Positions 51,950 to 63,849 of a DNA stretch of 64,000 nt are shown in pieces; positions within the stretch are counted from its first letter, which is position 1; each line of letters begins with the position of its first letter. The notes beneath the pieces are model-generated. The model saw only the letters and a program-made list of their open reading frames with translations. It did not search any database and was not told where the DNA came from. Source of the stretch: Rhina ancylostomus (taxonomy: Eukaryota); contig JARFYF010000104.1 in assembly GCA_030265395.1 (NCBI GenBank), positions 78,642,648 through 78,706,647 on the forward strand, in the 5' to 3' direction. The position numbers and the translations under genes were made by a program.

Positions 51950-53340
51950 ATTAGTAATGGGTTTATTATTGTCACATGTACCGAGATGCAGTGAAAAACT
52001 TTGATTTGCATACCATCCAGACAGATCATTCCAAACATACTGTAAGTACAAAGGGAAAAACAATAGCAGAATGCGGAATATGATGTTACTATTACAGAAA
52101 AAGTTCAATGAAGGTGGACAGATAAGATGCAATGGTCATGACAAAGTAGATTGAGAGATTAAGGGTTCATCTTTAATGTACAAGAGGTCCATTCAAGAGT
52201 CTTCTAACAGCAGGATAAAAGCCGTCTTTGAGACTGGTTGTCCATGTTTTCAAGCTGTCCTTGAGCCTAGTGGTACATGTTTTCAAGCTTTTCCATCTTC
52301 TGCCCAATGAAAGCGGGGAGAAGAGAGAAAGACCAGGGTGAGTGGGGTCTTTGATTATGCTGGCTGCTTTTTCGAGGCAGTGGGAAACATAGACAGAGTC
52401 AATGAAAGGGAGGATGGTTTTTGTGATAGACTGGACTGTGTTCATAACTCTCTACAATTTCTTGCAGTCTTGGGCAGAGCAGTTATGAACACAGCTTAGT
52501 ATGCTAAGCTGTAATGCATCCAGACAGGATGCTCTTTATGGTGCATCTATAAAAATTGGTGAAGGTCAGTGGGGACATGCCAAATTTCCTTAGCCTTCTG
52601 AAGAAGTATAGGCACTGGTGTGTTTTCTTCGCCAGAGCATCCACATAGTTGGATCAGGACAAGCTAATAGTAATGTTTACATCTAGGAACTTAAAGTTCT
52701 CAACCAACTCCACTCTGCCCCACTTCCTGAAGTCAATGACCATCTCTTTTGTTTTGCTGACATTGAGAGAATGTCATGNNNNNNNNNNNNNNNNNNNNNN
52801 NNNNNNNNNNNNNNNNNNNNNNNNNNNNNNNNNNNNNNNNNNNNNNNNNNNNNNNNNNNNNNNNNNNNNNNNNNNNNNGTGTTTTGTCCTGAGGAAGTAT
52901 CCTGACTCCAGTCTTGTATCAGTGTGCTGCATTTGGGTTCTCTGTGAGCTTGCTCATCAATCAACATTGTGATAGGGAAAGGTTGTTGTTGTGACATTAT
53001 GTCACCAGGCTTTCTATCTCATTCCTGTGCTCTGTTTCATCATTGTTTGAGATCCATCCACTATGGTGTCATCTGCAAACTTGTAGATGGAGTTAGAGCA
53101 GAATCTGGCCTCAGTTGTGAATGTATAGGATGTAAAGTAAGGGGTTGAGGGCCCAGCCTTGTGGGGCACCAGTGTTGAGGATAATTGTGGTGGAGGTGTT
53201 GCTACCTATCATTACTGACTGTGGCGTGTTGGTCAGGAGGTTAAGGCTCCAATCACAGATGAAGGTGCTGGATCCTTGGTCTAGAAGTTTGGAGATGAGT
53301 TTATTTGGAATTATGGTGTTGAAGGCAGGGCTACAATTAA
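51950..53340 (-). mobile_element. Rex1/Babar-type LINE (RT to 3' UTR) with nested LTR
   Basis: NTGAPQGWALN..KFADDT (53060-53180); SVYVSHCLEKAASIIKDPTHPGLSLFSPLSLGRRWKSLKT..GFYPAVRRLLNG. Confidence 0.93.
52772..52974 (+). mobile_element. Second copy of the LTR, mostly in gap, TSD GAGAA/GGGAA
   Basis: Starts tgtcatg and ends cctgaggaagtatcctgactccagtcttgtat..gctgcatttgggttctct..caacattgtgata, the reverse complement of 48245-48340. Confidence 0.8.
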
Positions 53341-53799
53341 GTCAGGTAGATCATCAATAATTATGAGATATTGTAGTCAAAGATATGATAAAGATCTGTT
53401 GGAGAGATTCATTTAATTTCCATGAAAGTACTGCAAAATAAAATTAAGAAATGCCTGAGACAATACAGAAAGATAATCTTCTAAAATGATTCTATGACCA
53501 TTCCCCCAATGGCCAGCTCTGACAATGCATCTATTTACAACAGAAGGTTCAAAATTTCCACTAATCAAGGACATTTGAGGTGGGGATATGGAATAGTCAT
53601 CCAAATTTCCTGGAAACATGAAGATAATGGCACTATGTAAATGTAAAGGCATTACAGAAGCTTCATATACTCTCCAGGTATTATCAGAAGTCTAGAAGAC
53701 TTAAAGTTAGCAAGTACAGTCTATCGAGAGTGCAGAACAAAACTACCAGAACTCCCCCACAAGTGGTGCTGGCTCATTATTTCTGAGGACAGGTTCATA

Positions 53800-54081
53800 T
53801 TTGTTGAACACATTAATGAGGGACCAGTCAATTAAAATCCAGGTATATAGAAATTTCTTTTCTCAAAGAATAGTGAATCTCTGCAATTCTCTACCCCAGA
53901 AAGTTATAAAGGTGAGATTATTCAAAGTATTTAAGGTAGAGGAGGATACATTTTTAAAAGATCAGGGAATTGAGCATTGTAGGGAACTAGCACAGAGGAG
54001 GAGTCAAGGTCTGGGTTAGATCAGCTATGGTTATATCGAAGGCAGGCAGACTAGAGGGGTCTGGTGACCTATTCCCATTAA
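53800..54081 (+). mobile_element. CR1 3' end
   Basis: RNFFSQRIVNLCNSLPQKVI..FKVEEDTFL, the typical CR1 ORF2 end FFSQRVVNLWNSLP. Confidence 0.85.
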
Positions 54082-54132
54082 GAAAATGGAAATCAAGATT
54101 AATGGGAATAGGTCACCAGACCCCTCTAGTCT
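54048..54132. repeat. Perfect 34-bp inverted repeat with 17-nt spacer
   Basis: agactagaggggtctggtgacctattcccattaa (54048-54081) and its exact reverse complement (54099-54132). Confidence 0.97.
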
Positions 54133-54859
54133 TGTGTTCTTTTTTGAATTTCAGTCAAGAATACTTCAAGCAGAATTTTAACATCCATCTCTAGGGTAAG
54201 ATGGGCATTTATCAGATTAGCTGCTTTAATGTACCTCTCCCCATTTTGCTTTTCAAAGAATTCAGTTGCCTAGAAATTCATCGCTAGTTGGTAGAACTAA
54301 GCTCAATCTGTGGTACCCCAAGAGTGTTTTATTTTTGCCTCTGAAATTCATTCCATTAACTTCAATGAAATAAATTTTGGAGGCAGTGTACAAGGTGCTG
54401 ATGGTACTATAGAATGTTTACTGCTACCTGACCTGAGGTGCCAGTGAATTTTATCTGAGCCCAAGTCACCATTATGTACTACCCAAGTCTGAGAAAAGTG
54501 AGGGGCTTGGTGTCTCAAAAAACAAGACTGAGACTTTGCAAATAAGATTGAGACAGTGATGGAACTTTGGCAGAAAATAACAGAACTATATTTGTAAGCT
54601 GTTTCCACTATTTCTCTGCTGCAGCAAGACTTAACCTATCTTCATGGTGAGGAAATTTTTCTATAAAGTACCATATAGCAGTAGAAGTCCACCCAGAGTT
54701 GGGCTCCAGATGGAAGTTATTTGAGGTAGGCTTAGAAGGTAGATGTTCAGTCCCAGTTGACTTCCACTGGTGACCCCATGATTGGGGAGCTCCTCCAACA
54801 AGCAGTGTTATATTAACCCCAAATAAAAAACATTCTATTTCCCTCTGCAAATAGTTATT

Positions 54860-55950
54860 GAGTTATACAGCCTGTAGACAGGCCCTTTGACCATGTCCAT
54901 GTCAACTATCAATTACCTATCTATATTAATCCCATTTACTAGCACTTGGTGTGCTAGTGAATGGGATTTACACTTTTAACACTTAACACAAACATTTAAC
55001 ACTTTAAATGTTGGGAGACTACTTGTTTCCTTCACCTTCTCAGGCAGTGTGTTCCAGATTGCAACCACCCTCTGGGGTGAGAAAAGGAAAACCTCTGTTT
55101 CTCTCTAACCTTCTTCTTCATCTTAAACCTATGCCCTCTGGTTTTAGACATCGTCATTGTGGGGAAATGTTTTCTAATATCTAGCCTATCTATTGCTATA
55201 ATAAACTTTTGTTCCTCTATCTCAACAATCTCCTCCATTCCAAGGAAAACTAAACCAATTATCCAGCTGGGAGGCCATTCCAGAGCAGTATCCACCATGG
55301 TATCACTGTTTGAGAGAGTGATGGACATGGGATGCCTGCATTACCTGCCTGAGCCTAGTATTCTGCCTGGTGGTTACCCTTCAGTTCCATACCTGTGCAG
55401 CAATTGCTTGCAGTGTGCCCAGCTCACTAATGTGCTGCCCATTATGCGCTCACCATTGCGGGTACTCCGCTGTGAGACCATCTGTTGCTCCAGGTAAATT
55501 ATGCATCAGGAACTGTAGCTGGGGACACATCCTGAACTCAAGGTCACTGGAGACCCTGGAAGTCTCCTTGATCGCCAACATATTGCAGAGACGTGTTGCA
55601 CAGGGCTGAGTTCTCAAGCCTGGAGTTTCTCTAGCCCTAAGTTACTCACTTTAATTTAGAGTACTGGTTATGCTAGGGACCTTGCTCCTTTCTAAACACT
55701 GCTGACTACAATTTGAAGTCCCTACCTATGCTTTTAATAAGGAAAGGTAGAGAAACCCAACTGTTGTTTCCCACCAATCAGTTGCCTCTGTCGTGCATCA
55801 CTTTTTTCAATCATGACGTCATGTCCAGCTCTGCTACTGGTCTGTGAGGTGGGTAAGCTTTAGCTATGCATCGTTCTCTGTCCCTCTGCTCTCTTCCAGG
55901 TCATCCTCACTAACCACTGCTGCTGACTGTAGGCATCGCTGAAGCCCAGT
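54860..55950 (-). mobile_element. Internally deleted CR1: putative 5' UTR and ORF1 N-terminus joined to ORF2 end and 3' UTR
   Basis: ORF1-like ..IKETSRVSSDLEFRMCPQLQFL..LEQQ..SITLSNSDTMVDT runs into ORF2-end IDRLDIRKHFPTMTMSKTRGHRFKM. Confidence 0.7.
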
Positions 55951-56939
55951 CTCCTGTTNNNNNNNNNNNNNNNNNNNNNNNNNNNNNNNNNNNNNNNNNN
56001 NNNNNNNNNNNNNNNNNNNNNNNNNNNNNNNNNNNNGTACAATTCTAAAACTCCTAATTATCCCACTAGCACAAAAAACTTATGGAAACATACCTAGAAA
56101 ATGTGCAAAGACCCTACATATCATTTAGCACAAATAGATTTACACCAGAAATTCTAGAAATAATTGGATTAACTACAATAGAAGATGCAGGAAAAATGAG
56201 AGCTTATGAGAAACTATTTAGAGTGCAGTTCAACACTTGAGAAATAGACAAAGCACAAGAATTATGAAATCAGTAATGATGCTACATTGGAAAAATAGCA
56301 AGTTCGCAGTGAAAGGCAATCATTGAAGAAACTAGATTCCTTAGATCATGCTTTTTTTTGCAAGAAAATTATGAAAACTAACCAATGTAAAAGCATCACA
56401 ATAATACAGAAAATGTGTGGAATATTTACAATCTGATTACTATTTGGTGTGAGACTATTTTAAATTGATTTGTTATTGGGAAATGGTGATAACTAATGAA
56501 ACCAGCAATTCACACAAATTAGCAGCTTTTCGTAAACATCGTACACTTTAGCAGAATTACTGTTATTTCTCCATTAACAAAGCACTAAAATGTTTTAAAA
56601 TTTAGCTATAGGCAGAATTTTTTTTTACTCTTAAACATAATAATGAGGTAATAAATTTTAGCCTTGGGACTCAAAATGGTAACTACCATCCAGAAATATT
56701 AATAAAGATTAAGATTATCCAGTGAGCTGTTATGGCCACCACGAGTTCACAAGGCACAGAAAACAACTACTTGAATACGGCTACATTAAATTCCCAAAGG
56801 AAGCCCCTAATAATAATCAGCAATACAGTCATAAACATTTATTTGTACGGTGATAACGTAAGTGTGACAGTAGATTCTACAGTGCCAGACTCAGTGCCAT
56901 CCTGTTTATTTCAGCAGTGCAGCACGGCTGAGTTTAACC

Positions 56940-57005
56940 AGCATCTTCTTGGACAAGGTTTTAATTTAAAAAGCATCTTCTTGGACAAGGTTTTAATTTA
57001 AAAAG
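56940..57005 (+). repeat. Exact 32-bp tandem duplication
   Basis: agcatcttcttggacaaggttttaatttaaaa occurs twice in tandem. Confidence 0.95.
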
Positions 57006-57241
57006 ATGAAACACTTCTTTGACTACCATCATCCTCCTCTGAGTAGGTACAAAGTTTATTCAGAGTTAGTCAGTTTGCAAGGAACACAATGACAATATTT
57101 TGGAGAATGTACAACAACTTTAATCTTTCCTGATTTAAGATGTATGTCCTCAGAATTTTGTCTTGTGTTTTGTTGGCTACATTCATCACAAGTGGCATGC
57201 ATTGTGTCTCCATCACATGCAATACCTGATGTGAAACTTAC

Positions 57242-57417
57242 CAGTTTAGCAGTGGAATAGCCAACATCATCCATGAAGGCATTGTTCCCAATGACAAATT
57301 CAGTTAATTCATTTTTTAGAACCCACGATAGATGCTTAAAACAGATATTCTGCCTCTTGAGTCCAATTCCATTAAAGATCCACTTTGGTGCAATAGACAA
57401 CCATGAAACTTTCAAAC
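57242..57417 (-). other. Candidate coding exon (unassigned)
   Basis: ctaacttacctag|GT..CTG|gtaagt, 176 bp open: LKVSWLSIAPKWIFNGIGLKRQNICFKHLSWVLKNELTEFVIGNNAFMDDVGYSTAKL. No family recognised. Confidence 0.25.
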
Positions 57418-57514
57418 CTAGGTAAGTTAGAACATTCAAATACACCCCTGCTGTGGAGCCAGGAAGACCAGAGGTGTTCCCCTACTCCTCAGAAGTGTAA
57501 CAAGTATAACAAAA

Positions 57515-57700
57515 GTAAATTATTGCAGATGCTGGCTCTCTGAAATATAAACTGAAAATGCTGGAAATCGCTAGTAGGTTAGGCAGCATCAGGGAACAGA
57601 CAAACAGAGTCAATGTTCGAAGCTCTGAGGAAAAGTCATTGACTTGACACTTGAACTAGATTTCTTTCTCCACAAATACTGAACTCCTGAGTATTTTGAC
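57515..57700. mobile_element. Penelope-derived fold-back short repeat
   Basis: tgcagatgctgg..aaaatgctggaaat..aggcagcatc, then ctgaggaaaagtcattgacttgacac..tttctctccaca. Confidence 0.65.
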
Positions 57701-58564
57701 TCCAACTTCTATTTCTCAAATTTTGTATCAGGCAAAAAAAAAATATAGATGGAGGTAATTGTAAAAGTGTTAATTTTCTGATGTTGAAGGTGAGCTGAGT
57801 AGCAAAATGAGGCCTGTAGTTGAGTAAAAGGAGAATGCTCAGTTCTCAAAAATGCAGATATACCTATTCAGAGAGAAGAGGAAAGGCATACAAAAGTTAA
57901 AGGTATTTTCTTCAAAGGCTTTGCTCATTGATCATTGCATGAAATTTTCCTGAAACATCCATCATAAATATCACAGTGAGCTCTTAATTTCAATTCTGTT
58001 TTTCAGAACACAAATATAAAAATATCTTATTTCAAAACCATAAATTATCACTGATAGAAGGATGTCTTATTGGATGTGTGTCTCTTCACCATGCTAATTA
58101 CAAAATGTGTCATTCAGGTTCATGCACTGTTGCATATATATCAAAAACATTGCTCTAAATTAGACTTGGCATTGATTTTAGATGAATTATGGAGAAATAT
58201 GATACTTAAAGTGACAATTAATGTAAGAATAATCAATTTTGTGTCACAATTAATCAATCTTAAAGATCAATAGCTGTTTCACTACTGATGAAGCATCATA
58301 TCTTTCTGCAACTTTGACCTCTTAAAGCATACAGTTGTGTAGTCTACAACTTTGTAGCATGCTTTTAGTGCAGGATTAAAATGAATGTGCACACAGTAAT
58401 TCTGAAAACAAAACTGACGCATGAGATTTGTATACATGCATAATAAGCAATGGAGATACAAGTAAAGGTGTCATTTGACAGGAATGAATAACCATTATCA
58501 TTGATTCATATGAAACTGAGAATTTCCAATGTATTTGTCAATGATCACGTAATGATTAAGAACA

Positions 58565-58800
58565 AAGGAATCAAGTAAATTCAGTTGATTGAATAAATCT
58601 GAGATTAAGAAGCTAGTACCAGTAATGGTGACCATGAAACTGGCAGATATCATTAAAATATATTCATCAGGGGATAGCTGCTTTTTCGTTATCTAGTCGG
58701 CCTGTGTGCCAGCCAACACCCACAGCAACTTGGTTCACTCACACATCACAAAATGGCTTAGCAAACCATTTATTTTGAGGGCATTGAGAGATATTTTAGC
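58565..58800 (+). mobile_element. Short SINE sharing the head of 38575 and the tail of family-B LINE
   Basis: aataaatctg..agtaatggtgaccatgaa..cccacagcaacttggtt..aatggcttagcaaacca..gagggcatt. Confidence 0.55.
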
Positions 58801-59169
58801 AGAGTATACAAAGCTACCAAGTATAGCGTCCATGGAATGTGGACTTTGGTGAGTAAAGCAGTGATATAATTTTAAATATTTAATAATTATTATATATAAT
58901 TTTCCATATTTAGTAATTAAGTATTAACAATAGAACTAACCTAAACATTGTTAAGTTTTCTTAACCTTGTAGTTCTCTTTTGCAATGGTAAGCATGTAAC
59001 CTGCTAGTCTCAAAGTTAATTAAGTAGCTAACTAGAGCTAGTTATGTGCAGTTACTGCAGTGCCTACTGAGTGTGCACTTCATTGAACAAAAGATATCAG
59101 TAATGCAAAAGGTTAAGGTTCACCTTCATATTTAAATAATGAATTAAATTAATAAATAGATTAAGAAGG

Positions 59170-59960
59170 GCATGACAGGACAGATGATGTTGCTGTAGTA
59201 CGTGAAAGCTGACGGAAGTGACTGAGGTCCATGGTGATCACATCTGCAACAAGTATCTACATCTCAAGAAGTTTTGCTCATAGTTGATGAGCTAGATTCC
59301 AAGGTTCTGACACTGTGATGCAGCAGGGAGGGAGAAAGTCACCTTAGCACTTTTTTCTGAGAGGTAATCATAGATCTTAATACTACAGAATTGGTGGCAA
59401 GTGAATGAGACTACTAATGAGTTACGCTTCAGAATCAAGAAAGTAGTATTGGAGGTGCCTCAGCCTTTGTATTTATCCATCAGGGTGCAGAATTCTTGTA
59501 GCCTGTGTGGATGGGAAATAGGTTGAGGAAACTTGCTATGGTTCCATGGTACAGTGAGCCATTCAAGCTTAAAGAGTGAACAATGTGGCAGTGATAGTGG
59601 TAGATACTGGACTCTGCAGGCAAAAGTACAAGTCCTTAAGGCTGTGTTTCCTATCTAGTGCCAGGGTGAAGGACACCTCCTTGGAATTGAAGAGGAAATT
59701 AGACTCAGATGGTAAAGATCTAGTTGTAGTGGCCCATGAAGGAACCAAAAACATAGGAAAAGATGAAGGTCCTGCTGAAAGAATATTAAGAGCTAAGATC
59801 TAAATTGAAAAACAGAGCACTAAGTTAATTTCTGGATTATTATGTGAACCGTGCAAATTGACTCATCAGATATGAGGGTGACTGATTGCCTCAAAGATTG
59901 GTGTGGGACAAGAGTGTTTCAATTCATGTGATATTGGTGCCAATATTGGGAAAAGAGGGA
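59170..59960 (+). mobile_element. CR1 ORF1 (Zn-finger/coiled-coil plus SGNH esterase-like), decayed
   Basis: HGDHICNKYLHLKK..VDELDS; LRLCFLSSARVKDTSLELKRKLDSDGKDLVVVAHEGTKNIGK resembles CLPGARVKD..PVVVVHxGTNDIG. Confidence 0.8.
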
Positions 59961-59964
59961 GTCA

Positions 59965-60425
59965 AAGTTGACTTTCTGATCATATGCACAGGTTCATGTA
60001 TGCATAGGTCCTGCTCACCCCTCCCACCACCTTTTTGCACCCTTGCCATCCGGAAGAAGGCTCTGGTGCATCTGTGCAAGAACAAACAGATTGTGCAATA
60101 GCTTTTTCCCACAAGCCATCAGAACTATGAATTCCCTCAGAATGCTGCCCCCCAACCCTCCCTCTAATACTAAAGGATGCTAGGCGTACAAAAGTGCACC
60201 AGCACTTTATGTGTCCGAAGACTGTGGCATAAGTATGTTCATTTTAAGCTGTTTTTTATTCAAGTCTCTTTTTAATGCGGGTCCATTGTCATTAATGTCT
60301 TTCTGTCTTTGTGTCTCTAATTGTCTTTAATGTGACCAGCACTTTGATCTGTGGAGTACGGTATTTTGCTCCCATGCATGCTGTCAGTGTATGTGGAAGT
60401 GACAATAAAAACTGATTCTGATTCC
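59965..60425 (+). mobile_element. Rex1/Babar-type LINE 3' end (different subfamily)
   Basis: HPSHHLFAPLPSGRRLWCICARTNRLCNSFFPQAIRTMN; tail gacaataaaaactgattctgattc. Confidence 0.85.
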
Positions 60426-61084
60426 AGTGATTTCACTGTAATGTACGTGAGGCAGCTTTTGCATAGCACAATCATAGTGGTGGCAGTGAGTTTGTTTGCC
60501 TAAAATACAAAAGCAAATATGCTTCAAATATACTTTGATGGCTGAAAAGTTCTTTGGGATATCCTGAGGCTGAGAATGGTAGCATCTGAACAGCAGCCAT
60601 CTCTCAAGGCAGATGTCAACTATTGGCCCAATAAACTGAACTAAACATCTCTACCGTGTCCATTCTAAGTATTGGTAATTTGCATAAACTTTGTTTCCAA
60701 GCCAGCTTCGTACATGTGTAATCTCAAATTTCATAGTAGACCTGCTAACTAAACTAATCATAACCATAGTTTTGCTGATCTCTGTTAACTGCAACACTGA
60801 GATTGAAGTCTCTGTTAACTGTAACACTGAACCAAACTCAGGCTGAAAATACTTGTTAACAAGTTACAATTGTACACCGTTTTCAGTACTTGCTGAAATA
60901 TTGTAAACTCAATAATAATATTTTTAATTGAACTCTTCCTTAAAGGTTCCCCATCTTCATGCCTCTGCATTCACTGTCTTGTATTCTTCCACTTTTGCTT
61001 CCTATGGACACTGGAATTTTTCTCTTTATCCCTCTTGAAGTTAAAATGTTGTTCCTTTTCTGGATAGTTTAAGGTCCATTTCCT

Positions 61085-62161
61085 GCTACTCTTTTCCTAT
61101 CCAAGTACCTGTCCAAATGCCTTTGAAATGTTGCTATTGTTTCCACTTTACTACCTTCTCTGCAGCTTGTTCCAGATAACCACCATCATCCATATAAAAT
61201 CATTCCCCTCAGAGTTCCTTTAAATTTCTCTACTATCACCTTAAACCAATGCCCTCCAGTTTTAAACTCCCCTACCCTGAGAGAAAGACTCTATCTATCT
61301 TATCTCTGTCCCTCCTAATCTCATAAACCTCCATAGTATCACCCCTCAGTCTCCTGTGCTCCAGTGAGAACAAACCCAACCAATCTTTCCTGATAGGTAA
61401 AGCCCTCCATTCCAGGCAACATCCTGGTGAAAAATTTCTTCTGCACTCTTTCTATTGCTGCCACATCCTTCCTGTAGTGTAGCAAACAGAACTACACAAA
61501 TCCTAAAGTGTGGCCTCACCAATAGTTGCAACATGACATCTCAACTCCTTTGCCCATTGTCTCAGCCTATGAAGGCAAGCATACCAAACAGTGGATTGTT
61601 CACAAGATGAGCTGGGTTTAGACTATCATGAGACAGGTTTGTTTTACCCTGCTGGTAATGTGTTGTTGTAATAGTAATGCTCTGAACTTGTACCCCAGGA
61701 TCTCTCTGCATTTCAACACTCCTAATGTCCCCACCATTCACCGTGTATGTCCTGCCAACATTTTGCTTCCCAAATTGCATTAATTGACACTTGTCTGGAT
61801 TAAATTCCATCTGGCACCACTCTGACTGACTTTCCAGATGATCTATGTCCCGTTGTATCCTTAAACAACCTTCTTCACTGTCTTTGACTCCACCTATCAT
61901 TGTGTTGTCAGCAAGCTTACTCATCATACCCCTTGCATTCTCATCCACGTCATTTATTATATGACTAACAACAAAGGTCCCAGCACTGATTCCTGCAGTA
62001 CACCAATGGTTACAGATTTCAAGTCAGTAAAGCAACCCTCCACCATTACTTTCTGCCTCCTATCACCAAGTGAATTTTGGATCCAGTTTGCCAACACACA
62101 TCAGATCCCATGTGCTTTGACCTTCCAGACCAGCCAACCGTGCAAGGCCTTGTCAAAAGTG
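61085..62161 (-). mobile_element. CR1 LINE RT C-terminal half
   Basis: MMSKLADNTMIGG..IQRDIDHL..QMEFNPDKCQLMQFG..QRDPGVQV; LLVRPH. Confidence 0.92.
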
Positions 62162-62294
62162 NNNNNNNNNNNNNNNNNNNNNNNNNNNNNNNNNNNNNNN
62201 NNNNNNNNNNNNNNNNNNNNNNNNNNNNNNNNNNNNNNNNNNNNNNNNNNNNNNNNNNNNNAGGGACAATAAAACTGATTCTGAATCTAATTCT

Positions 62295-62785
62295 GAGGTG
62301 CAAAGAAAAACCTACTTGCAGTGGAATCACAAGCACATAGCATCTGCTACACAACATTCACAAGAAAAACATAAACTAAACATAAATTATACAAAAAAGA
62401 ACACAATTAGAACAGAAAAACAATCCGTTGTAGTGTAATGTGGTCAAAGTTGTCATAGTGTTGCTATACTGAGGTGGTAATTAAGGTTGTGCAGATTGGT
62501 TCAAGAACCAAATGGTTGGAGGGAAGTAGCTGTTCTTGAACCTGCAGTTGTGGGACTTCAGGCTTCTGTACATCCTACCCAGTGGTAGCTGTGAGAAGAT
62601 GGCATGGTCTGGTGGGTGGGGATCTTTGGTGATAAATGTTGCCTTCTTGAGGCAGTGCCTCATGTAGATACTACCGATAGTGGGGAGAGATGTGCCAGTG
62701 ATATATTGGGCTGAGTCCACTACTCTCTGCAGCTTCTTGCATTCCTGTGCATTCAAATTGCCATACCAGACCATGATGCAACCGG
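62295..62785 (-). mobile_element. Rex1/Babar-type LINE 3' end
   Basis: VWYGNLNAQECKKLQRVVDSAQYITGTSLPTIGSIYMRHCLKKATFITKDPHPPDHAIFSQLPLGRMYRSLKS..KNSYFPPTIWFLN. Confidence 0.92.
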
Positions 62786-63849
62786 CTGGTTATTCCATTG
62801 AGATGGGCTAGATTTTTTTAATTATAAATGAAGTTCAAGATTTGCTTTGCAGGTAGATGTACAGTACTCTTAACCATGAAAGTTGGTATAAAAACATAAT
62901 ATTCATAAGATGAATTTAAAGTTCCAAAACATTCTTATGCTATAACAAATATAAAAAATGTTTCAGTCAGTATTAATATTTGTTTCATAAGTTCATTTTT
63001 ACACTTGTTTATTTTTGAGCTTATTGGAAATCAGGGGTGGCAAATAGTGATTTTTATTGGAATTGTAACAATTGTAAATTTAACTTGATTGATTTCTGGA
63101 AATTCACACTCCAAAACCTACTAAACTTTCTGACGCATTCTTTTGGTGTGAATATGAGAAGTATAATTGTTTTAGAAAGCAACACCCAATTTTCAATTTC
63201 AGATACTCATTAACCCACCAGGCACTCCCAGATCACCTGAGGTATGATCAAATTAAGAAGAAATTTCAATTTTCTCCATGGCAAGAGTATACCCAAATAA
63301 CTAATTTGAGAAAAGCAATCTCACACCACCAGCAAATATTTCCTTGTTTCCTATACCAGCCAACTTCGAGAACCTTTAGACAAAAGATTGACAATTTAGA
63401 GTCAGATTATGGACCACCTTGATCCATTACAAACTTGATTGAGATTATCTGTATTTACTTTATGCAGGAGATAAAGAGGCAGCTAGTAACATTACACAGT
63501 TAGAATGAAATGAAATAAATTTGCTTTTCTGTTTCAGTGTAACAGTATGGGGAAGTAGTCATTTTGCCACTCATTGATTTATTGTCCATCAAATAACACC
63601 ATTTAACAGATCCTTTTTCAATGCATTGACAATGCATTTATCCAAGTCATCATTGCCAGCAATAACTATTGATGTAACAAGACACTGCAATAATTATTAT
63701 GAACAGAATCACAAAGATGGCATTAGTTAAGTGTAATGACTGTCTGTGGCAATATTGGACTTAATACTGTGCTTTGTACTGGCAGGTCCCAATGCTTGGT
63801 ACATGAACAGATATTTTAAAATAAATTTACAGAATATGGATGATGCTTG

